A stretch of 64,000 nucleotides of DNA from an uncultured delta proteobacterium (GCA_963845145.1 CAWJQU010000004.1:416001-480000), one strand, 5' to 3'; positions 29,425 through 39,746 are shown, numbered from the stretch's first letter. A program made the numbers and translations. The notes: a model not told the origin generated them from the sequence alone.

Positions 29425-30243
29425 TTAGTGAGCCTTACCAGATTTGACCTGCGCTTTCGCCGCTTCCCATGTTTCCTTTAGAATATGCAGGGTGCCTTTT
29501 CGGCATTCGGTGCGGGTGTCGAACATTTCGTTGAATGGCTCGGCGTTTTTCCGCATTTTTTCCGTGGGCATGACGGGGGATGTGATCAGCAGCGAGCGTT
29601 TATAATCTTTAAACAACCGCTTGGCCATATCAACACTCATACTCCCGAATTCCGCCTCAAACATGCGATCCCAATGATGGGTCCAACCCGGCAGCATGAA
29701 AAATGTTCCCGGCTCATTACACTGCTCACCGTAATAGGTGTCGCGCCCGCCGATTAAAAGCCCCACGCAATCATCCACCGGGTGGTCTGTATCCATGGGG
29801 ATAAAAACCGGCACGCCCGCGTCCGCCAGCAGTTCTTCGGGTTTTTCCAGTGCATTGCCACACAAGCCATAACCCAGCATCAGACCGTCAATATAAGGTC
29901 CCATTTCATTGGCCGCCTCCACGATTCCGTCCTGCAGGCTTTTTTTCCGACTGTGAAGGCCCAATTCCAACACCCGAATAATGATGTCCATGGGCTGGCT
30001 CTTATCCGGTTTGAACGATGCCATATCCGGCAGTCGTCGAATGGTGTCAATGGCTTGGGCTTCAAGGGCCTCAACGAGGCGCTCGGAACGATGATCTTCC
30101 AAGACAGCCACCGAGGTGATGGCTTCGTCTTCGCCCAAAATGTGGGCGAATTCGAGCTCGAGGATTTCACATGTCAGGATACCGAGAGTGGGCATACCGC
30201 AGAAACGTCCTTTTCTAAGTTTTTTGTATGGAGCCCATCGCAT
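29425..30243 (-). CDS. DUF1638 domain protein
   Basis: ELGLH, LGYGLCG, DDCVGLLIGG, GTFFMLPGW; true start probably ATG 30195. Confidence 0.82.
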   Translation of the reverse strand: MRWAPYKKLRKGRFCGMPTLGILTCEILELEFAHILGEDEAITSVAVLEDHRSERLVEALEAQAIDTIRRLPDMASFKPDKSQPMDIIIRVLELGLHSRKKSLQDGIVEAANEMGPYIDGLMLGYGLCGNALEKPEELLADAGVPVFIPMDTDHPVDDCVGLLIGGRDTYYGEQCNEPGTFFMLPGWTHHWDRMFEAEFGSMSVDMAKRLFKDYKRSLLITSPVMPTEKMRKNAEPFNEMFDTRTECRKGTLHILKETWEAAKAQVKSGKAH

Positions 30244-30627
30244 TATAGCATGTCAAAGCTAAAGAATATCGTTTTGGAATCTTCCTCATCAATTGAATAA
30301 TGGCAGCCATTCCTGTTGTCAAGGAAGCATGCGCTGGAAAATCATTAAAATTCCACCAAAGAAGGATAGGAAGAGAGAGCTGAAGTCATATCCGCACGAT
30401 TTACTTGATCGGGTAATGATTCCTGCATGTAGTATTCTATCAATGACTTTAGTAAATTAAAATCGCTTGCTTAGGGGGAGTCTATTGACGTATTTAGATA
30501 CTAAGTAGCTGATAGGTGATGCCAAATACACATTTGGACAATTTCAGCGGGCGATTATTGTAAGTTTGGAATCGATCATGATTGATAATGCCTTACCAAC
30601 GTTAGAGTTGTCTATTACAGAGGATTA

Positions 30628-33600
30628 ATGAGTAAGCGTATCTATTTTAGGCATGGTATTGTGGAATTAGAGGAGCTGTTTGCCTCAAATAAGACTCAAT
30701 TAATGGTTCTAAAAAACTTAAAAACCGAGCTTTTACACCGTAAAACAGCACGGGCAGGGCAACTTTTGGTAGAGGTTAAAAAAGCCTTACGTTGCTTTAA
30801 TGATGAACCAACCCGTCCGACAGTTGTTACGACGCAACCACCTAATGCCACACAAGAGCCACAACTATGTCCTTCAGCGCAAAAAAAAACGCAAACAGGG
30901 GTAATTGGGGCGCCTAACAACACCCCAAGCCCGTCTTATGTGGATAAAACAACGAAGGATATTGATTGGGATGAAGAGATCGAAAAGCTAGTGCAAAACG
31001 CCACCCATCAGACCGCTGCCACAAACCCCATCAAGACTATTGACAACAAACCCGAAAGCTTACTTGATACGTGGACCATTATTGAGGCGCTTTCACCGCA
31101 GTCATATCTAAAGGCGAACGATTTAGTTATTGGGCAGGGAGAGGTGGCTCCAATAAGTGCGAAAAGTTTACCTTGGCCTTATAGTAAGTCAAGATCCGGT
31201 TGTAAGCTGTTCTATACGATTTATTTAGGGGCCTTGGATTTGGCCGCTTGTACGAAAGATTTATTAGAAATTTACCAAGACGACCGTGAAGAAAGGCCCA
31301 ATGTGCAAGGGCATGCAGCTTTAGCGGCAGTAATTGTGGGCAAAAACGGTGAGCCAATCGGAGAGGATGGTATAGCCATTTCAAGTTTTGGTTGGGCATA
31401 TTCGAGGGCGTTATCAGGAAATTTAGATGATCTGAAGTATTGGGATATAGCCGAGAAAAGGTTGCTGGAACAGCTAACAAAGATATTTGACCGCCGTGAT
31501 GATAATGGTAAATTAATGCCCGTTGATTGGACCGTTATCCTGAATGCACACAATTGGCTGGTTAAAAATTGTGCGATTCCACAGCGGGTGATGAAAGCGC
31601 CTGAGTTTGTGATTAAACGATTTGCACCTTTTAGCATTGGGGTGCCCGAAGCTCCCTTATTGAATAGTTTTTATTTGGCAGATTTGCAAAGCGCGAAAGC
31701 ACTAGTGCAAAACAAAAGCGCTGGCTTAGCGCTACGGCAGTATTTAGGCATTGATGTGCCTGACGAGCAATACGACTTGCTGGAGGATAACGAGCAGCTT
31801 AAGGAAATATTAGAACCAAATAACATACCCCTAGGGCGTTGGCCTGTTAAGGGGCGTTACCCTTTGGTGCTATTGCAGCAGGCTGCAGTAAACATCGCAA
31901 AACGAGATTTGAAAAGTGCTGGCTTGTTTTCGGTAAATGGCCCGCCTGGCACAGGAAAAACCACTTTGTTGCGTGATATCGTAGCCGAAGTTGTGGTGAA
32001 TCGCGCCATTGTCATGAGTGCTTTTGATAAACCCGCCGATGCTTTTACCAAAACCAATGCTGTAATAAAATCGCAGGGTAATAAATGCAGTTTGTTTAAG
32101 GTGCATGATTCGTTAAAAGGCTATGAAATTTTAGTAGCCTCTTCTAACAACAAAGCTGTTGAAAATATCAGCAAAGAATTACCCTTACGAGAAGCCATTG
32201 ATGACAGTTTTGATCTAAACTATTTTAAACCCTTGTGTGACAGCCTGGTAGGTGAAGGTGAGCAGTCGTGGGGGATCATCGCTACAGTACTGGGCAACGC
32301 TGCCAACAAGAATAAATACACATCCAAGGCATGGTGGGATTACGATACTAGTTTGCAGAGCTATTTTAAATATATTGCCGGCACGCTCAACTATGAGGAA
32401 GATGAAGAAGGTAACGACATATTGCCAAGCATTGTGGAGCATGGGGAACCACCAGAAAATTTTCAAGAGGCTCTTGATAATTGGCGATCACTTAGAAGAC
32501 AATTTGAAACCGCGTTAAATAAGGCTAAAAGCATACGAAAAACTGCGCAAGAAGCCTTGGAGAGTGAGAAATTCCTTGAGGTCTATCAGGCCAATAAGGA
32601 CGATTTAGATCATAAAGCCGTATTGATTTCTAACCAATTAATCGAAAGTGAAGAATCCCTTGTTACTTTGCACCAATCGTATCAGACGCAACGTGAAAAG
32701 CTGATTGTAGAAAAACAAGTTTTGAAAGAGCATGGGCAGAATAAATTAGGGTTTTGGAAGAAGCTTTTCTTAAGGTCACAATGGAAAGCTTGGCAACTTG
32801 AGCGGGAGCGCCTTGCTCAAAAAAAAAGTGTTCATCAGGGGGAGGTGCGCGAGGCAGAAGAACTAATAGCAGATAAAAATGAGGAGCTGCAAAACTTAAA
32901 TACAGAAGTTGAAAAGATCGCTAGCCAATTGCGTCTATTGGAAAGTCAAAAGAGGGACGCGCTGAAAAAAATTAACGATGGAGATAAATACTGCGGACAA
33001 AAATTGGTAAATGATGCTGTGCTTGATGTTAACCATACTAAAAAGCAATTATTTAGCCCGGTCTTTAATGAAAAAGCGCACGAATTTCGAGATGAGCTTT
33101 TTATTTTCGCCATAAAGTTGCATAAGGCCTTTATTGATGCGGCATACCGACCTATTTCTCAAAATTTAGTTGGTTTCATGCGAGTTTTGGGGAATAAAAA
33201 GCTACCTAACAGGGAGCTATTGCCTGATATATGGTCAACAGGGTTTATCATTAGCCCCGTGTTTTCAACCGCTTTTGCTTCAATTAACAGAATGCTGAAC
33301 ATCATGCCCAGCCAAAGTATTGGGTGGCTTTTAATTGATGAGGCAGGACAGGCGACACCCCAGCAAGCAGTTGGCGCAATTATGCGTTCTAAGCGCGTTA
33401 TGGCCGTGGGAGACCCGCTTCAAATCGAACCAGTAGTAACCACACCCTTACCATTGCTGGAGGGTATCGCGTCTTATATGGGGGTCCACAGTTTTGATTG
33501 GGTGGCACCGGATGCTTCTGTGCAGGCCTTGGCTGATCGTGCGAACAGATATGGTGCAACTATTGATAGAGACTTGGGCACCCTTTGGATAGGCTCCCCG

Positions 33601-34233
33601 CTACTAGTCCATAGGCGATGTGAAGACCCAATGTTCACTATCTCAAATAAGCTTGCCTATAACGGCAAAATGGTCAAAGCAACAAATGCACAATCAGCTG
33701 AGATAACTGGAGTTTTTGGCGATACGACTAAATGGTTTGATGTAAACGGACATGGACACGATAAATGGTGTCCCGCTTCAGGCGACCTTGTAGCAGAGAA
33801 AATCCTTCAAGCGGCTAAACTTGTGGGTGAAGATTTAGATTTATTTGTGATTTCTCCGTTTAGAATCGTTGCCCAGAAAATGCAGGAAAAAATGCGAAGT
33901 GAAACTGGCAAACTCTCAAGTTGCGGGATCAAAAACCCGTCTGATTGGATTACCAGAAGTATAGGTACTGTACATACATTTCAAGGGAAAGAAGCCGAAA
34001 CCGTTATATTGTTGTTAGGTGCGCCTAATACTAACCAATCAGGGGCAAGGAATTGGGCAGCGAATAGTGTTAATTTATTGAACGTTGCAGTATCAAGGGC
34101 CAAAAGAAATTTCTATGTTGTAGGTAACGAATCCCTATGGGCTAAGGTTGGTAAAATGCCTCTAATGATAAAAGAAATACGCAAGCATGGACGTAAAGAC
34201 AACTTGACAGATATTATGGGCATAAGATTTTGA
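30628..34233 (+). CDS. Superfamily 1 (DNA2/NAM7/UPF1-like) helicase
   Basis: NGPPGTGKTT, SSNNKAV, LIDEAGQ, VGDPLQI, HRRC, GTVHTFQGKE, NVAVSRAK; visibly AT-richer than flanks. Confidence 0.9.
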   Translation: MSKRIYFRHGIVELEELFASNKTQLMVLKNLKTELLHRKTARAGQLLVEVKKALRCFNDEPTRPTVVTTQPPNATQEPQLCPSAQKKTQTGVIGAPNNTPSPSYVDKTTKDIDWDEEIEKLVQNATHQTAATNPIKTIDNKPESLLDTWTIIEALSPQSYLKANDLVIGQGEVAPISAKSLPWPYSKSRSGCKLFYTIYLGALDLAACTKDLLEIYQDDREERPNVQGHAALAAVIVGKNGEPIGEDGIAISSFGWAYSRALSGNLDDLKYWDIAEKRLLEQLTKIFDRRDDNGKLMPVDWTVILNAHNWLVKNCAIPQRVMKAPEFVIKRFAPFSIGVPEAPLLNSFYLADLQSAKALVQNKSAGLALRQYLGIDVPDEQYDLLEDNEQLKEILEPNNIPLGRWPVKGRYPLVLLQQAAVNIAKRDLKSAGLFSVNGPPGTGKTTLLRDIVAEVVVNRAIVMSAFDKPADAFTKTNAVIKSQGNKCSLFKVHDSLKGYEILVASSNNKAVENISKELPLREAIDDSFDLNYFKPLCDSLVGEGEQSWGIIATVLGNAANKNKYTSKAWWDYDTSLQSYFKYIAGTLNYEEDEEGNDILPSIVEHGEPPENFQEALDNWRSLRRQFETALNKAKSIRKTAQEALESEKFLEVYQANKDDLDHKAVLISNQLIESEESLVTLHQSYQTQREKLIVEKQVLKEHGQNKLGFWKKLFLRSQWKAWQLERERLAQKKSVHQGEVREAEELIADKNEELQNLNTEVEKIASQLRLLESQKRDALKKINDGDKYCGQKLVNDAVLDVNHTKKQLFSPVFNEKAHEFRDELFIFAIKLHKAFIDAAYRPISQNLVGFMRVLGNKKLPNRELLPDIWSTGFIISPVFSTAFASINRMLNIMPSQSIGWLLIDEAGQATPQQAVGAIMRSKRVMAVGDPLQIEPVVTTPLPLLEGIASYMGVHSFDWVAPDASVQALADRANRYGATIDRDLGTLWIGSPLLVHRRCEDPMFTISNKLAYNGKMVKATNAQSAEITGVFGDTTKWFDVNGHGHDKWCPASGDLVAEKILQAAKLVGEDLDLFVISPFRIVAQKMQEKMRSETGKLSSCGIKNPSDWITRSIGTVHTFQGKEAETVILLLGAPNTNQSGARNWAANSVNLLNVAVSRAKRNFYVVGNESLWAKVGKMPLMIKEIRKHGRKDNLTDIMGIRF

Positions 34234-34373
34234 AAATCTTGGGAGGAAAGTCTTAGCTAGTGTCCATCCAATAATCGGTAGTTTTAAACAGTCCATATAC
34301 TACAGCGATGGTTTCAAAAGATTTGTTCTATGATGATCTGATGCAAATATTTTGATAGCATAGCCTTGTCGGG

Positions 34374-34435
34374 TTGAGATACGAAACCCAACGCAAATAC
34401 GGCGTCACACGTGCTTGTTGGGTTTCGTATCTCAA
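34374..34435. repeat. REP-like perfect 19-bp inverted repeat
   Basis: TTGAGATACGAAACCCAAC ... GTTGGGTTTCGTATCTCAA. Confidence 0.75.
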
Positions 34436-34496
34436 TACAATCTACGCAGCTCAGCAGCGCCGGCTTGAAGGATAAAATGACAGTAGGGGAAAAGCG

Positions 34497-35023
34497 TTGA
34501 AATCAGATATAATAAAAACTGTGGTTACAACATTCTGTACATTCTTATTCTTACTTTTTGTACTTCCTTTTTACGTATTCTGGCCGAAAAAATTATAAAT
34601 TCGGAGACTCAAATTTACCCATTTGAAATCGGAGTATTTCGATTTATTGGGACAGTTCCGATCTTTATCGGTGTACTGACGTTCCTTTGGAGTGCCGGTA
34701 CCCTTACATTCTCAGGTAAAGGTACGCCCGCCCATTTCTATCCACCAGAAGAATTTGTGGCAACGGGCTTATATCAATATGTCAGAAATCCAATGTATGT
34801 GGGAGGAATTTGTATGTTGGTCGGAGTGGGTATACTATTTGAGTCGACAAATATATTTATATATGCCTTAGGTATGTTCGTATTTTTCAATCTGTTAATA
34901 ATTATAGAAGAACCCACATTGAAGCAATCTTTTGGTCAATCCTACGTGCAATATTGCAAATTTGTTCATAGGTGGATCCCACGTTTGAAACCTTTTTACG
35001 GTGACATATCAAAACCCTCCTAA
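34497..35023 (+). CDS. Isoprenylcysteine carboxyl methyltransferase (ICMT/PEMT) family membrane protein; frameshift in an A run near 34590
   Basis: GKGTPA...GLYQYVRNPMYVG...EEPTL...FG..Y..YC..V.RWIPR. Confidence 0.78.
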
Positions 35024-35257
35024 CCCAGCGCCTTAGTAAAACAATCAAGGTGAGCGAAAAGCGCCTTAAGTATGGAAGCGAACATAAGAACACCTGAACA
35101 TAATGATGCGACTTTTTTTGGGGGGTGATCCTTCCGGTTATGCCGTTGGCAGTATTCGGCTTGGCTTATTTCGGACAGTTTCACCAGACATCACGGGCCT
35201 CGCGGCTCGTGGTGCCGGGTGAGCCAATCGGTTCGGTAGTGCAAATCACCATTGACA

Positions 35258-35291
35258 TTATATGCATAATGCGTTAGCTTTATGCATATAA
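35258..35291. promoter_or_regulatory. vapBC promoter with autoregulatory operator palindrome
   Basis: TTATATGCATAA-N10-TTATGCATATAA immediately after TTGACA. Confidence 0.7.
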
Positions 35292-35304
35292 ATGGAGGCC
35301 AGCG

Positions 35305-35508
35305 ATGCGAACAACCCTTGATTTACCAGAGGAATTATTAAATGAAGCCATGAAGGCTACCCAAATACAAACCAAAACAAAGGTTATTATTACCGCCTTG
35401 GAAGAGTTGGTCAGGAAGTCAAAGATTTCGCAATTAAAAGAATTTAAAGGAAAAATTGATATCGCCATAGATTTAAATGAAATCAGAGGCCGGCAATGTC
35501 GGTATTAG
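35305..35508 (+). CDS. vapB: VapB-type antitoxin
   Basis: MRTTLDLPEELL...TKTKVIITALEE; overlaps the PIN gene. Confidence 0.85.
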   Translation: MRTTLDLPEELLNEAMKATQIQTKTKVIITALEELVRKSKISQLKEFKGKIDIAIDLNEIRGRQCRY

Positions 35509-35882
35509 TCGATACCTCAATATGGGTAGACTATTTCAGGAGCGGTGGCAATTCCGAAAAACTTGATTTCCTGATCGATGAAAATCTTATCGTGACCAAT
35601 GATTTGATTTTATCGGAGCTAATCCCTTTTCTAAAAATGCAAATGCAAAAGCAAAGAAAAATAATTGAGCTGTTATTAGATATCAATAAATACGAGCTCG
35701 TTATAAATTGGAATCAGATCTTTGAATATCAATATAAATGCCTTAGCAATGGATTGAATGGTATTAGTATACCGGATTTAATCATTGCCCAAAATGCAAA
35801 ACAAAATCATTGTGAGATTTTCTCTCTGGATAACCATTTTCGTTTAATGAAAGATATCCTCAATCTTCAAATACAACTTTAA
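35496..35882 (+). CDS. vapC: VapC PIN-domain toxin
   Basis: VDTSIW, SEL, PDLIIA, SLDNHF. Confidence 0.88.
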   Translation: MSVLVDTSIWVDYFRSGGNSEKLDFLIDENLIVTNDLILSELIPFLKMQMQKQRKIIELLLDINKYELVINWNQIFEYQYKCLSNGLNGISIPDLIIAQNAKQNHCEIFSLDNHFRLMKDILNLQIQL

Positions 35883-36097
35883 TTCACACCTTCGCCGAAC
35901 CTCTGTGTTCAAGGGGGCGCCGAGGATCATCCCGTCAGCATTTGGGTAATGAAACGTAACACACGAATTACCGAACCCACAACGCCATCATGGCGCCATG
36001 ACAGCGACTTGACGTGCTTATTAATACATCCTTTTCCCTTCGATCGATACCACCCAATAGATGATCCAAATAAAATTCACCCCTTAAAACGCTGAAA

Positions 36098-36114
36098 ATC
36101 GTCTGGAAGACGAT
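36098..36114. promoter_or_regulatory. Palindrome ATCGTC-N5-GACGAT upstream of the MT2 paralog
   Basis: Symmetric version of the core ATCGTC-N5-GTTGAT at 19379 and 27184. Confidence 0.55.
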
Positions 36115-36256
36115 AGACAGGATGAGTGGTACATGTGATTCTTAAGAATTAAAATCAAATGATATCCGTGTTTCGTATTTGTAACCGTTGATTTTGCCAA
36201 CGGTTTTGTAGTCTGCACGACTTATTTTTACAATCAGGAAAAGGAGAATACATTTC

Positions 36257-37312
36257 ATGACAGAATTAACTCCCAAAGAGAGAGTAATGAGGACTTTCCG
36301 CAAAGAGCCGGTCGATACAATGCCGTTTTTCAGCGGTTACGGAATGGTGGTGATGCCGGCTATTAAAAAGCTGGGCTTTAAATTCCCCAAAATCCACTCC
36401 GACGCGAATATGATGGTTCAGGCGGCTATCGAATCAGCCCGCATGTTTGATTTCGATTCCGTTATCGTACCCTATGACATGACCGCTGAGTCCCAGGCGT
36501 TGGGTAATGAAATCAGTCTTTATGAGGGTTCCGAAGATATCCTCTATCCGACCATTCCCGACAAGCGCTGGAAAGGCCTGGAGGAAGTCGACATTCCAGA
36601 CAATATCGTGGAGCTGGGACGGATTCCCATGATTTTAGAGGCCATTCAACTCGCCAAAAAGGAAGCCCCCGAGCGGGCCATCGGTGCCTGGCAACTGGGG
36701 CCCTTCACCATGGCAGGGCAACTTCTAGAGCTTGACATCATGCTGAAAGGCATTTTCAAACAGAAAGAGCTGGTGGAAGCCGCCCTGGACAAAATCAGCG
36801 ATATGATTATTAAGATCGGTCAGGCCCAGCAGGCCGCCGGCGCGGACTATATTACACTGCGGGAAATGGGTACGGGCACGGATCTTATCAGCCCCCGAAC
36901 CTGGAAAACCATGATCATGCCGCGCGTAAAACGAATTCTGGACGCTTGGGAGTCCCCCAAGGTTTTGCATATTTGCGGTGCCACAGACATGATTATCGAG
37001 ATGATGAATGAGTGCGGGGCCGATGCACTCAGTGTTGATATCAAGAACACCCTGGCCGAATCGCGAAAGAAAATAGGCGATGATCAATTACTGTTTGGAA
37101 ACTTCGATGTTTTTAATCTGCCTTGCAAAGAAGAAACCACTGTTGAGGAGGCCGTTGAAGCCATAAAAGTGAATGTCGATGGCGGCGTCGATGCCATCTG
37201 GCCGGGTTGCGATCTCTGGCCGGACATCAAAGAGGAAAACATGCGTGCCATCGTGAAAACCGCCAGAGAGTATGGAAAGAAACCGAGCCCGGCGCTTGGG
37301 CGGCTTGGCTAA
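36257..37312 (+). CDS. MtaA/CmuA (UroD-fold) methyltransferase, close paralog of 17210-18264
   Basis: LHICG and WPGCDLW; strong AAGGAG RBS. Confidence 0.9.
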   Translation: MTELTPKERVMRTFRKEPVDTMPFFSGYGMVVMPAIKKLGFKFPKIHSDANMMVQAAIESARMFDFDSVIVPYDMTAESQALGNEISLYEGSEDILYPTIPDKRWKGLEEVDIPDNIVELGRIPMILEAIQLAKKEAPERAIGAWQLGPFTMAGQLLELDIMLKGIFKQKELVEAALDKISDMIIKIGQAQQAAGADYITLREMGTGTDLISPRTWKTMIMPRVKRILDAWESPKVLHICGATDMIIEMMNECGADALSVDIKNTLAESRKKIGDDQLLFGNFDVFNLPCKEETTVEEAVEAIKVNVDGGVDAIWPGCDLWPDIKEENMRAIVKTAREYGKKPSPALGRLG

Positions 37313-37751
37313 GCTTTAAATCGTTCATATTTTCAAACAAAGTGAATAAAAATTCAAGAGGGTGGGTGCACTGCTACAGTTGCACCTGCCTCTTGTCATT
37401 TTTGGCCGCAAATTTTGGGCGGAATGATCATTGCGAGATCGCTTCCATCGATACCATCCAATTATTCGAATGGTTGTGAAATAATTTGCCCTAAAGCAAA
37501 TTATTACATGTAATTATTTGCTTGATAGTAAATTTCATTACCAGAATCCACCCCTTTACCGGCGGCAATTTCCGTTCTTTAAAAAAGGCCGCCGAACTCT
37601 CGAAACCACTGCCTCACCGCTAATCTCGATTTCAAGTCTCAACATGATATTAATATAATTTTCGCGAAATAGGTGACTATGTTACAATATATATCAGATT
37701 TATCATTGACTTTGTTACAAATTATTCCATACCTATTCAATCATTGGGGGC

Positions 37752-38060
37752 ATGCCGGAAGTCATTCAGAAATATTCAGACCAGAAAGACATCATCGCTC
37801 TCAATAGCGTATTTGACAGTTTAATCGTTTCTTATCTTGATGACGTTGAAAAATATGCACGAAATCGTTCAATGGCCAACGTTATCCGCCATGCCGTATC
37901 AAATGTGTTTTATGAAGCAGGTCGCAGGATAAAATTTCAGGGATTTGGCAATTCCAACTATAAATCAAGGGAAATGGGTGAGGCCTTGAAAGTATTGGAA
38001 AAAGCCATGTTGATTTATCTTATATATCCTTCATCTTTATTTAGTCGGATCTATTGCTGA
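37752..38060 (+). pseudogene. Fragment of an AAA+/DUF4143-type ATPase
   Basis: MPEVI...SYLDDVEKYA...LEKAMLIYLIYP resembles an internal part of this family; no Walker A motif. Confidence 0.55.
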
Positions 38061-38218
38061 GTACATTGAATGGATGATATCCCAATAGAGAAATGCACAA
38101 CGAGAATTGGAAAATCCAACAATCCGAATTAACCTGCCAAGCCGCTTATTTGGGGCATTGCGGTGCGGCCCTGCGATGCTTTTTTGATTTTTTATCGTAA
38201 AATAACACTCTACATACC

Positions 38219-38863
38219 TTATCTAAATCCCAACCCCGTCATGACGCCATGACAGCGACACGCCGTACTGATTAAGACATCCTTTTCACTTCCATCGATA
38301 CCATCCAATAGTTTAAATAGCTGCGCCGGACGATACCCGCCGATTCCCGGTCCGAGCTGATGGCTGCGGATTACAAGGGATTCAAAATTGGGGATTGGTA
38401 TCTGGCCCAATAGCGTAAACATATTGGTGTGGCGCTTTTTTCGCGTGATGGTGCAGATCTCGGCCGGTTCGTCACATTTGTCCGGGCAGCGAAAATCGGC
38501 ATGGGTCACGTAAAGATTGCCGAGGTCGTCACGGGTCGGATTGGGGGCGTGGCGATCTACAGCTGGGGGAATATCGATCTGCTTCAACCCTTTGGCGTTT
38601 CGTTCGGCCAGACACCATTGGGCCGCCAAATGGACGGGCAGGGCGGGAATGATCCAATCGGGTTTCTCGGAAGCCGCCAGCCGTTGATGCACAAATAAGA
38701 CCCCGTCCATCTGCACCAGGGCCCGATTGGGGCCTTGAGCCTGGGACAGATTTTCTCCATCAGGATCTACCAAAACAAGATGGTGGCCGGCATGCGTTTT
38801 TGCCAGCCCTTCGACGGCCATCCGGCCGAAGCGACCGATTCCGATAATCCAGATTTCTTTCAT
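38219..38863 (-). CDS. Rossmann (TrkA-N-like) domain protein with a Cys-rich C-terminus
   Basis: IIGIGRFG; CPDKCDEPAEIC; STACRCHG. Confidence 0.65.
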   Translation of the reverse strand: MKEIWIIGIGRFGRMAVEGLAKTHAGHHLVLVDPDGENLSQAQGPNRALVQMDGVLFVHQRLAASEKPDWIIPALPVHLAAQWCLAERNAKGLKQIDIPPAVDRHAPNPTRDDLGNLYVTHADFRCPDKCDEPAEICTITRKKRHTNMFTLLGQIPIPNFESLVIRSHQLGPGIGGYRPAQLFKLLDGIDGSEKDVLISTACRCHGVMTGLGFR

Positions 38864-38926
38864 AAGTGTAAAAATTTAAATTTTGGGGAAAGTTCCGGAG
38901 GTATATACCATCGGCTTGTCCTGACC

Positions 38927-39616
38927 TCAATCTGTCTTCGGGCGGTTTATCAGGTTCTGTGCGCCCATGGCAATGGTTCGTTGCAAGGTCTGCTTCAAAC
39001 GGTCTAAAGAGCCATCTACTTTATCCAGCCGCCAGCCAAACTCGGTGGCGATGGACCGGGCTTTTTGTTTGATATTATCATTGTCATTTAAGTGCATATC
39101 GATAAAGAGGGCCCGGGAAAAATCCTTTAGCATTCGGTGCGCAATCTCAAGAGGGTCATGGCCCTTTTCGGCCATGCGGTTGACTTGAAGTTCCTTGAAG
39201 ATGAAATCCATCCCCAGCTCGGCCCACCCCGGCGTTAAAAACCAGGTGCCGGCGGTGCGTTTTAATTCCTCATCATACCTTGTTTGACCGAGAAGAACGC
39301 CAATGCAATCCTCGCCCTCGGGATAGACCACCGGCACGGCAAAGTCATCAGGCAGGCGGTCCATAGCCTGGCAGCGGCCGTAGCCCAGCATTACGGCATC
39401 CACTTTATGTTCAATCGCTTTTATGTGTTGGCTGAGGGTGTCAAGCAATATATCCGGTTGAATATGTAGTCCCCAATCCATCACTTCGAGGTGGGTGACT
39501 TCGGGGACGTCGCGCACTAATGTCCGGATTTCCTTTTCCAGCACCCGGCAGCAGATCACGCCGACGGAGACAGATGCCTCCTTATACCTATTCACCATTG
39601 ACCATTGCATTACCAA
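38927..39616 (-). CDS. DUF1638 domain protein
   Basis: CRVLE, GLH, LGYGRC, EDCIGVLLG, GTWFLTPGW. Confidence 0.82.
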   Translation of the reverse strand: MVMQWSMVNRYKEASVSVGVICCRVLEKEIRTLVRDVPEVTHLEVMDWGLHIQPDILLDTLSQHIKAIEHKVDAVMLGYGRCQAMDRLPDDFAVPVVYPEGEDCIGVLLGQTRYDEELKRTAGTWFLTPGWAELGMDFIFKELQVNRMAEKGHDPLEIAHRMLKDFSRALFIDMHLNDNDNIKQKARSIATEFGWRLDKVDGSLDRLKQTLQRTIAMGAQNLINRPKTD

Positions 39617-39676
39617 TTAAAAGTAATAAATCAACGATACTTTGAGTATAATGAAGTTGTTTGGCCCGCCTAAATA

Positions 39677-39718
39677 TTTTGTTCATTTTCTTTTTCGAAA
39701 AAGAAAACGAACCAAAAG
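39677..39718. repeat. AT-rich hairpin repeat
   Basis: TTTTGTTCATTTTCTTTTTCGAAAAAGAAAACGAACCAAAA. Confidence 0.5.
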
Positions 39719-39746
39719 AAATCGCCCCTGCTACGCGTGAGGAGGC

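Noticed and set aside
34497..35023. MddA methanethiol methyltransferase linked to the pathway
   Set aside because: Short generic ICMT-family protein inside the accessory island; nothing specific to MddA is visible
37494..37523. Near-perfect 30-bp AT-rich palindrome as a regulatory site
   Set aside because: Single occurrence in a decayed region with no clear target gene
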